A stretch of 64,000 bases of DNA. Source: Tieghemostelium lacteum. Lineage: Eukaryota. Where the stretch lies: positions 356,658 to 420,657 of the forward strand of contig LODT01000035.1 in NCBI GenBank assembly GCA_001606155.1, written 5' to 3'. Shown in pieces: positions 34,366 through 46,198 of this stretch. Each line of letters opens with the position of its first letter. Position 1 is the first letter of the stretch. The notes under the pieces are model-generated. The model was not told the origin of the DNA. It made no database searches and saw only the letters and a list, made by a program, of their open reading frames with translations. A program made the position numbers and the translations under genes.

Positions 34366-35557
34366 ATGAAAATTATTTATCTTGTAGTTTTATTAATATT
34401 ATGTTTTTCTCTAATTGTGGAGTCTAATGAAATTTCATCTCAGAGAAAATCAAATAAATCTAAGGAATTAAGTAAACAATCATCAGCATTCAAAAAAAAA
34501 GATTTTAAAAGAGATCAACAGGAGTTAAGTAATCTTAAAGAACTTCAACAACAACAAGAAATTGTATTCCATATTGCTGGTACTTTGGATTTACTCTATG
34601 GTATTTTTGTAGGATTTGAAGTAAGTTTATTTTTATTTTTATATCTATAAGTTCACTTATACTAAAATTATTTTAAAATAGAATGGTGTTAATTCATATG
34701 CATCAGCATCAAAATGTACAGAGGCAACTGATAAACTCTATAGTATTATTTCTTTGATGTTAGCTGATTTACAACAAGGTGAATTTCCAAAATTATCAAG
34801 CAGATTTGAAACTTTGAATTCCACATACTATGAAAATGTTGATTCACTGCTCAAATGTATTCCAGAACTATTTATAAATAGATTTGGTAAAGTTTATGAA
34901 GACTTAATTACATTAGGACCAGCCTATTTTATAAATGTTGCAAAGAATACCGTTTACAATCATAAATTAAAATCTTTTAGTATCTATAGAGGTATTAGAA
35001 GCTGTGCTTCTTCTGGTGATATTGTAGGTCTTGGTAAATATCTTGGTGATTTTATTTCACTGGCATATTATGATAGATTCCTTGTTAAGAAAACAATTCA
35101 AGAAATTCTTGAAGGTGATGTCATTGAAGATATCCTACAGCAACAAGAACAAGAAAAAGTAGAACAACAACAACAAGTACAAGTACAACAGGAACAAATA
35201 CAACAAGAACAAGTACAACAAGAACAAGTGCAACAAGAACAAGTGCAACAAGAACAAGAACAAGTACAAGAACAAGTACAAGAACAAGTACAAGAACAAG
35301 TACAACAACAAGAACAAGAACAAGTACAACAAGAGCTAGTGCAACAAGAACAAGTACAACAACAAGAACAAGAGCAAGTACAACAAGAGCAAGTACAGCA
35401 AGAACAAGTACAGCAAGAACAAGTACAACAAGAGCTAGTGCAACAAGAACAAGAACAAGTACAAGTACAACAAGAACAAGTACAACAAGCACAACTCCCA
35501 CAATCCCAAGTAGTTGAGGAGATTGTTGAGGAAAAGGAAGTAGTATCACAGCTTTAA
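34366..35557 (+). CDS. Secreted protein with a C-terminal (EQVQQ)n glutamine/glutamate-rich repeat tail. Exons 34366..34620 and 34682..35557 (376 aa)
   Basis: ATG at 34366 with signal peptide MKIIYLVVLLILCFSLIVES. Donor GFE|gtaagt, 61-nt intron, acceptor aaatag|AATGGT. About 35 hexapeptide-like EQVQQ(E) repeats encoded by an 18-bp DNA repeat (caagaacaagtacaacaa). Confidence 0.6.
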
Positions 35558-35630
35558 ATATCATGTCTTATTCTATTCAAACCTATATAGTTATAAATAA
35601 ATATTTATATTTCATTATGCATTGCGTTTA

Positions 35631-36227
35631 TTATATAGTTTCTTTCTTGATTGGTTGATCATGTTTTAATGCGCTATAATTCAAAATACTCTCAATTTGA
35701 GTTTGATCAATTTGACCCTTTTGAATGATTTCGTCCAAATATAATACAAATTTAGGTATCTGCTCTATGAAATGAGCCTCTGTTACTCCTTTTTTCTTAC
35801 AAACCTCCTTAATTGTTTCCATTAATGGAAATATTATCTCTGATACTGGTTATAATTAATATCTGTATATCTTACAATCTACAAGATCACATTAACTATA
35901 CCTACATGCTAACTCATCATATTCATTAGATCCACACAAGAATATCATTAAATCACCTACGTTGGTAAACACAATTTTGTTACCACTAAATAAATTTAAA
36001 AAATATGAGTACAATGCAATTGTTTACGTTGGAAACATTATGGATATGTGCACATACCTAAATTCAGTAACTAAATGTTTTTCACCCTTGGCAAATGACC
36101 ACTCATCTTTTGTGAATTGGTATGTTAGCTTTTCAAATTCGATTTGTTTTTCTTCTGTTAGTATATTATAATATTTTGAAAACACTATATTTCCATTTAA
36201 ATTAGTAATCAATAAATTATTGATCAT
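35631..36227 (-). CDS. Clathrin-adaptor sigma-subunit family small protein (AP complex sigma or zeta-COP-like), 154 aa. Exons 36227..36058, 35985..35906, 35845..35631
   Basis: MINNLLITNLNGNIVFSKYY, KHLVTEFR+SGNKIVFTNVGDLMIFLCGSNEYDELA and VTEAHFIEQIPKFVLYLDEIIQKGQIDQTQIESIL parallel sigma-adaptin MIxFILIQNRxGKTRLAKWY, FVEFRNFKIIYRRYAGLYFCICVD and [35 protein letters not shown]. Introns are 72 nt (gtatgt..tttag) and 60 nt (gtaggt..accag). Confidence 0.7.
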
Positions 36228-36332
36228 TGCACATTAGTAATAAATTCAAAAAAATAAAAATCTCTCAAAATAAAAAAAATTACATTTTGGGTGATAACAA
36301 ATTGTAATAAGAATAAGCAAGAATAAAGTTTA

Positions 36333-38136
36333 TTAACCGCAAATAGATCTACATCCATAAAAGTTCTCGGAGTAAGGAGTAATGACATGACAATCCTCAC
36401 CAGTGTGTGGACACTCAGCAACTTGATTATTTCCAATATACATAACAACCTATAGTTTTGTTGTTAAATGTTAGGTTTATATAAATAGAAAAAAAAAACA
36501 AAATATTATTTATACATACATGGTCAGGGCAGTTTGTATTTTCTTCACTGAAACAATAAAAGAAAAGATCACCAACAGTGCAACCGCTTGTTGAACTTGG
36601 ACTACATGTACCAGTGTTTACATTTGAAATTTGAGCACCTGAATATCCACTTGAGAACCAAGTTGTAGTTGGGTAATAACTTGTGGCTGAGGCAGTTGGT
36701 GCTGCTGATGATGATGCAGCTGTAGCTGAAGTTTGTCCTGATGAGTAACTACCAGTTTGTCCTGATGAATAACTTCCAGTTTGTTGACCAGATTGTGATC
36801 CAGTTTGTCCTGATGAATAGCTTCCAGTCTGTTGACCTGATTGTGATCCAGTTTGTCCTGATGAATAGCTTCCAGTTTGTTGACCTGATTGTGATGAGGT
36901 TTGACCAGTTTGTGAACCAGTCCATTGAGAGGGTCCACTGTTACCTGATTGTGATGAGGTTTGACCAGTTTGTGAACCAGTCCATTGTGATGTGGTTTGT
37001 CCAGTTTGTGAGCCAGTCCATTGGGATGGTCCGCTGTTACCTGATTGTGATGAGGTTTGACCAGTTTGTGAGCCAGTCCATTGGGATGGTCCACTGTTAC
37101 CTGATTGTGAGGTAGTTTGTGATGAACCTGTCCATTGTGATCCTGTTTGTTGACCTGTAGTTTGACCAGAGGTTTGTGAACCTGTGTGTTGAGATGATCC
37201 AGTTTGTTGACCTGTAGTTTGACCAGAGGTTTGTGATCCAGATTGGGATGATCCAGTATGTCCTGTAGTTTGAGATGATCCAGTTTGTTGACCTGATGTT
37301 TGTCCACCACTTTGAGTTGAAGAAGAGTGTGGGCCAGATGAAGATGGACCAGATGAAGATGGACCAGATGAATGTGGTCCTGAGGATGATGGGCCTGATG
37401 AATGTGGACCAGAAGTATGTGGTCCTGTAGTCTTTGATGTTGAAGATGGTCCTGATGAAGATGGTCCTGATGATGATGGGCCTGAAGAGTGTGGTCCAGT
37501 AGTTTTTGAAGTTGATGAAGATGGTCCAGAAGATGATGGTCCAGAAGATGGTCCAGAAGATGAAGAGGTTGTGCTTGAAGGTCCAGATGAAGTTGGGTTA
37601 CCACCACATGATGAACCTTGTGTATATTGTTGTGCAGCAGTTCTAAGAATTCCACTCCAACCTCCAGTATTGTAACTTGTATATACTAAACCTGAACAAT
37701 CCATTCCACCACTACCACCACATCCACATTCTATTTTTATCAATTAATTAATTAAAATACAAAATTAAAATCCAATTTAAACTATAAATAAATGTTTAAA
37801 TACTTACGTGTACCTCCCCAAACCTAATGACATTGGTTAAAAATATAAAAAAAATAATAAGTTAGTACTAAATCTAAGTGTTTTATCATATTTATTGAAA
37901 TTTACATATGGACATCCACAAGTTGCATCTAAAAATTTTTATTATTAGTATAATTTGATATTGGATTTAATGGTTAATGGCTACATACAATGATTTGCAG
38001 TTTGAGCTGCTTTTTGACATACTGACATGTCGATAGTCAGATTTTTAAATTGATTTATATTTCCACGTGGTATATTCCATCCATTTGAAATGTTAATTAA
38101 GCATACTATAGCAACAAGTAATATTACTAATTTCAT
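36333..38136 (-). CDS. Secreted NlpC/P60-family (papain-like amidase/peptidase) protein. The catalytic-Cys half and the His half of the domain are separated by a ~330-aa Ser/Gly/Thr/Gln-rich repeat insertion. Five exons: 38136..37989, 37928..37906, 37823..37808, 37730..36520, 36449..36333 (504 aa)
   Basis: Signal peptide MKLVILLVAIVCLINIS. Spliced product ...CGCPYVWGGTQCGCGGSGGMDCSGLVYTSY (the NlpC/P60 PYVWGG...DCSGLV catalytic-Cys motif is assembled across two micro-exons of 23 and 16 nt). After the low-complexity block comes GDLFFYC...H | VVMYIGNNQVAECPHTGEDCHVITP (the conserved GDLxFF....HVGIYIGNGxxIHAP His region). Introns are 58, 82, 77 and 70 nt. Confidence 0.7.
36700..37560 (-). repeat. 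Coding low-complexity tandem repeats (SGQTGSQSGQQTGSYS / GPSSSGP units) inside the NlpC/P60-like gene
   Basis: Periodic DNA repeats of ~48 bp on the coding strand (ccagtttgtcctgatgaatagcttccagt...), visible directly. They produce an artefactual 345-aa ORF in another frame (36618..37655). Confidence 0.85.
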
Positions 38137-38730
38137 TTTGGTATTTCGTGTAAATCAAATAAGTTTAAAAAAAAAAATGTAATGTAAACTAAAATCAGTT
38201 TGAAATATCTAGATTTTATTTAAATAAATTTCTTTTGAAAAATCTACTGGTATTGAATCCAAAAAAAAAAAAAGTGAAAGGACGCGTTACTATAAAGATC
38301 AATCTTAATTATACATAAATAATCACTGGTTTAAAACTAAAAATAAAAAAATTTACATAGTACTATGAAATTTCAAAGATATTATTTTTGAATTTTCACG
38401 AAAGGGAAATGTGTGATCATTTTTGAAATCCCGAGTATAAAATGATAATGATATTTATTTGAAATGGTATACAAAAAACAATATTAAAAGGAGTTTTATG
38501 AAGAAAACTCTTTTCACCTTTGAAAATAATTGAATATAATAGTAATAGTAATTAATATTTTGATAACTATTTTATTACTTTAACAAATTCAGATAAATGG
38601 GAAACATAAAAAATAACTTAAAAACTTAAAATTGAGTCACCTTTCTCAAAAAAATCTCTTTAAAAAAAATTTTTTTAAAAATTAATTTTTCTTTTTTTTT
38701 CACTTTTGATACCTTTATAGCAATAAAAAA

Positions 38731-40320
38731 ATGTTTAAATTCTTCTTTGATAAAAACAAAGACTCTAATAACAATAGTAATAATAATAGTAATAACAACG
38801 CTAACAATAGCAATTTGACAGAGTCAGATGGTACAGTAAAACTCAGTAATAGTATATGTTCAAGTGTACATCAAAAGAGTATCGATCTTTATTGTAAATT
38901 TTGTAACCTACCAGTGTGTTCTAAATGTTTAAAAGAACACTCTAGTCACTCTGTAAAAGTAGTAGATATTGAAGATGAATTCGCTGAATGTATGAAAGCT
39001 TCTGGCAAGATCTCTGACAATTTGAAGGAATTCATCAAGGCTAAAAACAACCAAAAAGTGGTAAACGAAGATTCTTTCAAAAAGAAAGTTGACGAGCAAT
39101 ACCATAAAGAATTAGAAAAGATTGCTAATTACTTTAGAAATATTCACGATGCTCTTCATTTCAAAGAAGTTGAACTAAAGAGAGAACTAAAATCTCACTA
39201 TGAAGACAACTTTGAAGAGTTCACAAAGATCATCTCCAAGATTGATCATGAAATTGACCACAGTAAATCATTGATCAAGACCATTGAGGAAAACAAAGGC
39301 AACTATGAACAAACTGAAGATAAATACTCATTGTTGCACAGATACATTCACAGCAAGAATCTCTTGGAAAAACAGGAACAAACTGATGAATTCAAGTATC
39401 AATCCTACAGTTTCATAGAATCTATTAACAAATTTGAGGATCTCTTGCGTTTATTGGAAATTAGAAATAATAATGCCCTCAACAAGTTTGTTTACATCTA
39501 TGGTAATGGTGCATTCGAAAGACTCAATCTCACCAAGAAAACACTTGAGAAGATTGAAATTAAAGGAGAGAAGTTCAATACCAATCATGGTATTTTCAAG
39601 GCTATGATTGCAACAAATGACTATCTCTACATTTTCAAGAGAAAGAATTTCCTCAAATACGATCCAAAGACATTTGAGTGGACAATGGGTAACACTCCAG
39701 TAGACTTTGATGGTGGTGACTGGCAATCAGTTGAATATGATGGTAAGAACCATATCTATTTGTTTGGTGGTATTCGTGATGGTGTAAACCACAGTGATGT
39801 CTCAAGATTCAACATCACAACAGAAACATTTGAACTCAGAATCGCCAAAACTCGTATTCCTATTAGATTTTCAACTCCAAGAATTGCAGGTGATGCCATT
39901 TACATTCTTGGTGGTGTAGCCTCAGAGTCACCAGATCCAATTGCCACTTTGGATAAATATGATATCAAGACTGGTCAAACTACTTTAGTCAGAAACTTTG
40001 CTCCAGATGGTTACATTGAATTGACATGTCTATGCTATGTACCAAAAAGTAATAGTCTATATATTATATCTAGAGAACATAAATTCTTTAGATATGAATT
40101 GACCACCAACACCATTCACCCATTACAACCACCTATTAAAGATGTCAAACAATATTACACTGAATTGACATTTGATGGAGACCACACAATCTATTGTATC
40201 AATAAGGATAATATCCATGAATTCAATATCAATACTCAAATATGGACTAAAATTGAAACTCCTAAATTCCATAATTTTGATCTCTATCTTTATGCAATTG
40301 CTTTCTCACCAAGATTCTAA
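38731..40320 (+). CDS. B-box zinc finger + coiled coil + C-terminal Kelch-type beta-propeller protein (TRIM-like without a RING), single exon, 529 aa
   Basis: Poly-Asn N-terminus. B-box CSSVHQKSIDLYCKFCNLPVCSKCLKEHSSH. A long helical region. The C-terminus has repeated hhhFGG motifs (HIYLFGGIRDG, AIYILGGVASES) typical of Kelch blades. Confidence 0.65.
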   Translation: MFKFFFDKNKDSNNNSNNNSNNNANNSNLTESDGTVKLSNSICSSVHQKSIDLYCKFCNLPVCSKCLKEHSSHSVKVVDIEDEFAECMKASGKISDNLKEFIKAKNNQKVVNEDSFKKKVDEQYHKELEKIANYFRNIHDALHFKEVELKRELKSHYEDNFEEFTKIISKIDHEIDHSKSLIKTIEENKGNYEQTEDKYSLLHRYIHSKNLLEKQEQTDEFKYQSYSFIESINKFEDLLRLLEIRNNNALNKFVYIYGNGAFERLNLTKKTLEKIEIKGEKFNTNHGIFKAMIATNDYLYIFKRKNFLKYDPKTFEWTMGNTPVDFDGGDWQSVEYDGKNHIYLFGGIRDGVNHSDVSRFNITTETFELRIAKTRIPIRFSTPRIAGDAIYILGGVASESPDPIATLDKYDIKTGQTTLVRNFAPDGYIELTCLCYVPKSNSLYIISREHKFFRYELTTNTIHPLQPPIKDVKQYYTELTFDGDHTIYCINKDNIHEFNINTQIWTKIETPKFHNFDLYLYAIAFSPRF

Positions 40321-40417
40321 AAGTTCAATTTACCCCTTTATTATCTCATGTAAAACATTTATGTATATAAATAAAAAAATAAAAAAAATTAATTATGATT
40401 TTTATGTACAAGTAGAT

Positions 40418-43400
40418 TTACATGATAATACATTTTTTTGAATTTGATTGTGAATCATTTTCTGAGTTATCATCGGTGTCCATAACTTTTTCTTGATCAT
40501 TTTCAAAATTAATTGGTTTGGGATTTTCATTTTGGGGTACTGTTTTGTTGGTTATGGGAGAAGGAAGTTCTTGGTCAATTTCCATTCTCTTATTTTTTGA
40601 TGGTGATGGAGGAGGTTTTTTTGGAGATTTATTTGTATCAGGAGCCCTCAGATTGATTTCTTGTGTTTTGTGAGTAGGAGTAACTGGTTGAGGTACTATA
40701 GGTTGAGATTCTACACTAGATTTCATTAACCTGAATTTTTTTGGTGGTTTTTTGGAGTCAGCTTGCATTTCTAATTTATATTTTTCAAGGGACTCTTTTA
40801 ATTTCATTTTTTTAGAATCATCTAGAGTTGGGTGATTTTCAGGTAAATGAGATTTAATAGCAACTACTCTACTTTCAAATTTAGCGACTGGGGCAGAACA
40901 TTGTTTATATAAAAGTGAAATGGAGGATTTTATCTCTTGGGTGTAAAATTCTATTAAATTTACAGAATCTACACAAGGTGAGATGGAAAATAAGTGTAAA
41001 TTGGAGCACAGAAATATTGGTGATTGAACATAGGATATACCCAAAATCAATCTTAAATATTCAACTAAAATTTGATTTTGATATCTGTCCAATAAATTTA
41101 CCCTAAATGGAATGTTAATTAGAATGATAGGTAGTTTTTGTAAAAATAGAAGGTCTACATACTTTGCTCCGATGTTTGGTTGTAATAAAGTTAAATAGAA
41201 TGAAATTAAATTTTCAAAAATTCCTTTTGTGTTTTGAGAGTGGACAAAGTAAGTTAATACTTTTGTAAAACTATTTACAAATAATTCTGAATTCTTTTTA
41301 CTTTTCAGAACAAAGCCTTGGAAGAATGTAGAGAGGATTTGTTTGATACCAAGCGAGGTATCAGAGGTTTCTTTGATAAAGAACAGAATGATTAGAGAGT
41401 TTAACAGCTTTTGATCTTTGATAATGTTATTATAGAATAGTTTGGCAATACCTTCAACTTTTAAAAGTTTAAATTGACTTTCCTCTTTAGATTCTTGGTC
41501 ATTGGTATCTTTTATCAATAGAACATTATCAAATAGTATATTTAGGAACTTGTTACAAAAGTTACCACTAGTACTAAGTAAAAGGAGTTCCTTTTCTGTT
41601 TCTGGTTGATCTATGCTAATGATATCATCATTCTTTTGCATTGCTTTTCTTTGCTCTATTAGAGCGTTATTCATACCATCTTCAGTCAAAAGATCAAAGC
41701 ATGCTGTAGCTACAACCATTTGAACTTTTATGTGGTCTTTGGAAAGTGCAGATAAGTATAGATCCAACATTCCATTATTCTTATAGAGAAAGTTTGGATC
41801 ATCATCCAATAGGATATAGAGGCAATTACATTTAAATGCCTTTTCTCTAATTTCAGGTTTTTCGGATTGGATTGAATCAACAATATAATCCTTTAAACCA
41901 TCAATTACAGGATCACGTATTGTCTTATTAGTGTTTGACAATATATATGATATAATAGTCAAAGAATGAAGTTTTCTCAGGTTTTTAATCTCTTCTTCTT
42001 CTTCTACCCTATATACATCTTCAATTGGATCTTGAATGTCAGATAATACATTCAATATATGGTCATAAAATTCCTTTTCTGTTTTACAATATTTTCTAAA
42101 TATCAATAATATTGATGATTTTAAATCAATATCAAAATTTAGATCTAATAGCTTTCCCTCTGAACAGATATGGTGTTAGCCTTATTAACTAATAAAAATA
42201 GAAAAATTAAGTTACATACCTAAATAATTTAATAATATTGAATCATTAAAATATTCATATTGATTTAAAATCAAGAGAAGTTGTTTAAAGATAAATGGTG
42301 AGGATTCAAATTTCATTGTGAGGAGTAGATGCTGTTGGGGGTCTGTAATAAGAGTTTCTTTAATCTCTGAATACAATACAACAGTTTCTTTCTTTTGAAG
42401 AAATTCCAAATAACATCTCCATAACAACGCATATTCTGGTGTTATAGTCTCTGCAAACCCTTTTAATTCTGTGCCACATTTAGATAACCTCTGTCCTAGA
42501 TCTTTAAAGAAATCATTCTTGGGAAGGATATTCTGGTCTAATAATATATTGATAATATCTATTGAGAGTTTTTCATTCTCTTCCACTTTAATAAGCTCAA
42601 GAAGAGTAATTATATTATCATCTATAGATTTCATCCAGCTTGATGCCAACATGGATGTGAAAGCTGATGTGACAATAGGGTCTCTATCACTACAACCACA
42701 ACTCAACAAATCAATTAGATGTTTATGAATTCCATTGAATACTTTTAACTTTACCTGACTGATTAGAATATAAATTGACTTTCTAACCCTGGGTTTGATA
42801 TCTCTTGCTCTAATTAACAGGGTTGGTAGATTTGATTTAGTAACCACCATTGTTTGTATAATTGTAGATCTAACATCTTCAGATCCTTCTTTTGATAACA
42901 TATCAAAAAACAATCTAACTACTGGATCATCTTCATCTTGTGTTTGTAATTTCTGTAAAACTTTAACAGCTACTGTTCTGACTGAGGTCTTTCTATCCTG
43001 TAATCTAATTTTCATCTTTTCAAATATCTCATTGAATACTTCTTCCCTATAGAATTATAATTAGATTTAAAGTATACGTTCAAATTATTAGTATTACTTA
43101 CTCTACTTCAGTACTTTCATTGAAATTTGAGAATATCTGGTAAATTAATAGACAAGATTTAAAACGAATCTGAATTTTTGAGTTTTCAGTACATTTTAAT
43201 AGATGATTAATCAAATTATAAAAGAATATATCTTCCAGTGGTAATTGATCTTTTTCATCAATACTAAAGAGTTCTAGTGATAATCTTGCAATAAAAGAAA
43301 AGAATCTATCGATAGATGGATCTCTATTCTTTACAACCAATGCTTTATTAACTTGTTCTATGAGGAATTTTTTAAAATACTCTGTTACTTCATTATTTTT

Positions 43401-43526
43401 TTTGTTCTTTTGATAAAGTTCGACAAATAACTGTAATGCTCTGTTATGTGATGTTTTAGATATTTGAACTTGGTTCAAATTGTCAACCAGTATATCAGTT
43501 AACTTATTAATACTGGTTTTTACCAT
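40418..43526 (-). CDS. ncapG: Condensin complex subunit 3 (CAP-G / Ycg1 / Cnd3), 992 aa. Exons 43526..43102, 43046..42220, 42144..40418
   Basis: HLLKCTENSKIQIRFKSCLLIYQIFSNF matches CAP-G FLLKSHEANSNAVRFRVCLLINKLLGSM. EEVFNEIFEKMKIRLQDRKTSVRTVAVKVLQKLQTQDEDDPVV matches DDDVFDKINKAMLIRLKDKIPNVRIQAVLALSRLQDPKDDECPVV. HEAT repeats throughout. Donor ga|gtaagt with 55-nt intron; donor tta g|gtatgt with 75-nt intron. Confidence 0.85.
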
Positions 43527-43805
43527 GTGGATATCAAATATTTTGTTTGAAATGAAAAATGGATTTTTTATCAACTTTGGATATAATTCATTTTTATTAT
43601 AATAAAATCAAAGTTTTATAATCATTTTATTTTAATTATTGGGGGTTTTTAATATATAGTAAATTAATAAGAAATGAAAAAAGTAAATCTATTACTTGAT
43701 ATAGTTATCTGAATATAGTTATTGAATTGATTTAAATACAGTGTTTCCTAAATTTTTTTTTCTAAGTTTTCGATTAGTTTTCAAAAATACGTATCACAGA
43801 CGACA

Positions 43806-44716
43806 ATGCTTAACGGAAGAGAAAAAAACGGAGATTTAAATATTGACTGGAAAGAATATGCACTTGGTGCAAATCATTTCAAGAGAAAGACAGTAGGGTT
43901 TGGAAAATATGATAAAAAAGAAAGAGAATATCAAAAAGAGTTATATATTAGAGAAATGTCAATCATACAGGGTGGTATTGGGTGTGCTATTTGGGATGCA
44001 GCAATTATTCTATCTAGGTGGATATATGCACACCCAGAGGCATTTACAAATAAAAGTGTATTAGAATTGGGTAGTGGTGTTGGTCTACCTGGTATATTAT
44101 CAAGTTACTATGCAAACGATGTAACATTAACTGATTATCTAGAACCTCTAATTGATAATCTCAAATATAATGTTGATTTAAATGCTAGACAGGGACTAGA
44201 CATTGACTCTGATCAAGAAGATGAGGAAACTATATCTAATCTCATTAAATCCGATCCACAAAACATTAAAAACAAAATTAAAATTCAGTATCTAAATTGG
44301 GATGATATTGAAAAGTTGGAAAATACACAACAATATGATATCATATTTGGTAGTGAACTCACTTATTCACTATTAAGTGTTGACAATCTAATTAAAGTTA
44401 TTCAAAAGTTTTTAAAACCCAATGGTATATTTTATGAAATTCTTTCTGATGATAGAGATGTAAGTAGTTGTAGGCTTTATATTACAAAATTATCAAATAG
44501 ATCTATATTAACTATATTAAATATTGTGAATGCGTGTAGGGTGTATCATACTTTGTAGAGGAAATGAATAAAAAAGGATTTATAGGACATATTGTACCAG
44601 TACCAGCACAATATTTAGGTAATTATGGTACTAAACAAAGAGCTGAAACTTATAAATTCTATACATTTAGATTTAATAACAATGAAATAAATAATCATCC
44701 AAATCTTGAAAATTAA
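43806..44716 (+). CDS. Class I SAM-dependent protein-lysine methyltransferase (METTL21/FAM86/MTase family 16 type), 269 aa. Exons 43806..44459 and 44561..44716
   Basis: GCAIWDAAIILSRWI, VLELGSGVGLPGI, DVTLTDY and IIFGSELTY motifs. Donor DRD|gtaagtag, 101-nt intron, acceptor tagag|GAAATG. Confidence 0.75.
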
Positions 44717-44834
44717 TTTATATAAATCAGCATTTAAAAAGAAGTGTAAATTCTATATCTTTATTTAATATACAGTCTTTATTTAGAGTGAGTGAGAGAG
44801 AAGAGTTTTATCTATCAATCTTCTAAAATGGAGT

Positions 44835-46079
44835 TTAGACGGTGAATTCTGGATATTTACTGATTGAAGTTATAATATTATTCATATGGAGACAAGTTTG
44901 CTCAATTTTAGAGTCCCATGCAGAGAGTGAATCACCAGCAACTTGGAAGTGAATTAAAGATTCAATTTGGTCAATGGTAGCAACTAATCTTTCTTCAACG
45001 ACCATTTTAGAGGCAATCTTTTCAGCGGCAGTTGCAGGGATTTCTAAGAGTGAGCCTAATTCATCAAAAGTAATGTTATTGTAGAGTTTACTGGCAGAGA
45101 GAAGGTTATGTTCAATAATGGATCTATCCAATACTGTAGAACCATCAGAAGTACGTGCCAAATGATGAGCACTTAAGGATTCAGAGAATTTCTGAACTTC
45201 AACCTTTTTAAGAATTCTCTCAAGAAACATCTTTTCAAGAATTGGGAATTGGTCAAGAGCTGCAGATCTTTCATCCTTGTACAAGGTAGCTAACATACGT
45301 GATCTTTGTGGACCTGCTTTATCAAGAATAGCACAATTGATAGCACAAGTCAATGCAAATACTCTATCGTGTTCAGGTAGAATTTGACTGAGTTCATAGT
45401 ATCTAAAAGAGGCTTTAGAAAACATACGTTTATAGTCCATAATTCTAGCAGAACATGTCTTGTGAGCCAATATGTGTTTTGGTTTCTTTACTAGATGGAT
45501 ATTATCAGAGGCTCTGTTAATATAGGTTTCAGCTTGTCCAGATTCTTCATCTTCCAAATAGAGTCTGGCAATCTTTACATAGATTTTAACTTTGTATTCA
45601 GGTGAGATTACTCTCTGACTGCTATCTAATGGAATTGCAATGAGACATTTTGCTGCCTCTTTCCAATTCTCTTGTCTCTCGTGGAGTTTGGCAAGATTAT
45701 ATCTCAATGAGGATACTTGTTCTTCAAATGCTACAACTCTATTTTGAATTCTTTCCAATACAAAGTTAAAGACTTCCATTGACAGATTACTATCTGCAAT
45801 ACCTTTAAATGCTGTAATTAATGATGATAATGTTGTACGTGAAATTACTAATGGTGTTGATTCTTCTGTCACTTTTTTAGTATTTTAATAGTATGTTAGA
45901 ACTCAACATGTTGACTGTAGAGATTAGTATCTATATTTACAATGATTAATTAAAACTTTGATTTTTGGAATATCTTTTGATTCAATTAATTGAGTTAAAA
46001 TTGATTTATATTTCTCTGTTTTGATCTTGTGATCACTGAGAGCAGCAGTTTCTTCTAATAATCTTTGTATATCGCTCAT
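44835..46079 (-). CDS. csn4: COP9 signalosome complex subunit 4 (CSN4), PCI domain, 391 aa. Exons 46079..45941 and 45871..44835
   Basis: Near-collinear with human CSN4. [10 protein letters not shown] matches [33 protein letters not shown] matches [23 protein letters not shown], and [38 protein letters not shown] and EKIASKMV are all conserved. Exon 1 [32 protein letters not shown] matches the CSN4 N-terminus. 69-nt intron (gtaaat...aaaaag). Confidence 0.9.
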
Positions 46080-46198
46080 CTTTGTATATATTATATATTA
46101 AATTAAAACTCTAAAAATTGATGATCAAAAATAATAAAAAAAAAAAAAAAGAAGATTTTTTGTAGAATTTTTGGATAAAAGAGTTCATACTGAAAGAT

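Noticed and set aside
35121-35564. Minus-strand ORFs made of Leu/Val runs (35121..35564, 35135..35332)
   Set aside because: Antisense of the (EQVQQ)n repeat tail of the secreted protein 34366..35557.
36618-37655. 345-aa minus-strand ORF rich in His/Gln/Leu/Asp, and the plus-strand ORF 36741..37115
   Set aside because: Alternative-frame and antisense readings of the Ser/Gly/Thr/Gln repeat block of the NlpC/P60-like gene; the real frame is supported by the conserved motifs on both sides.
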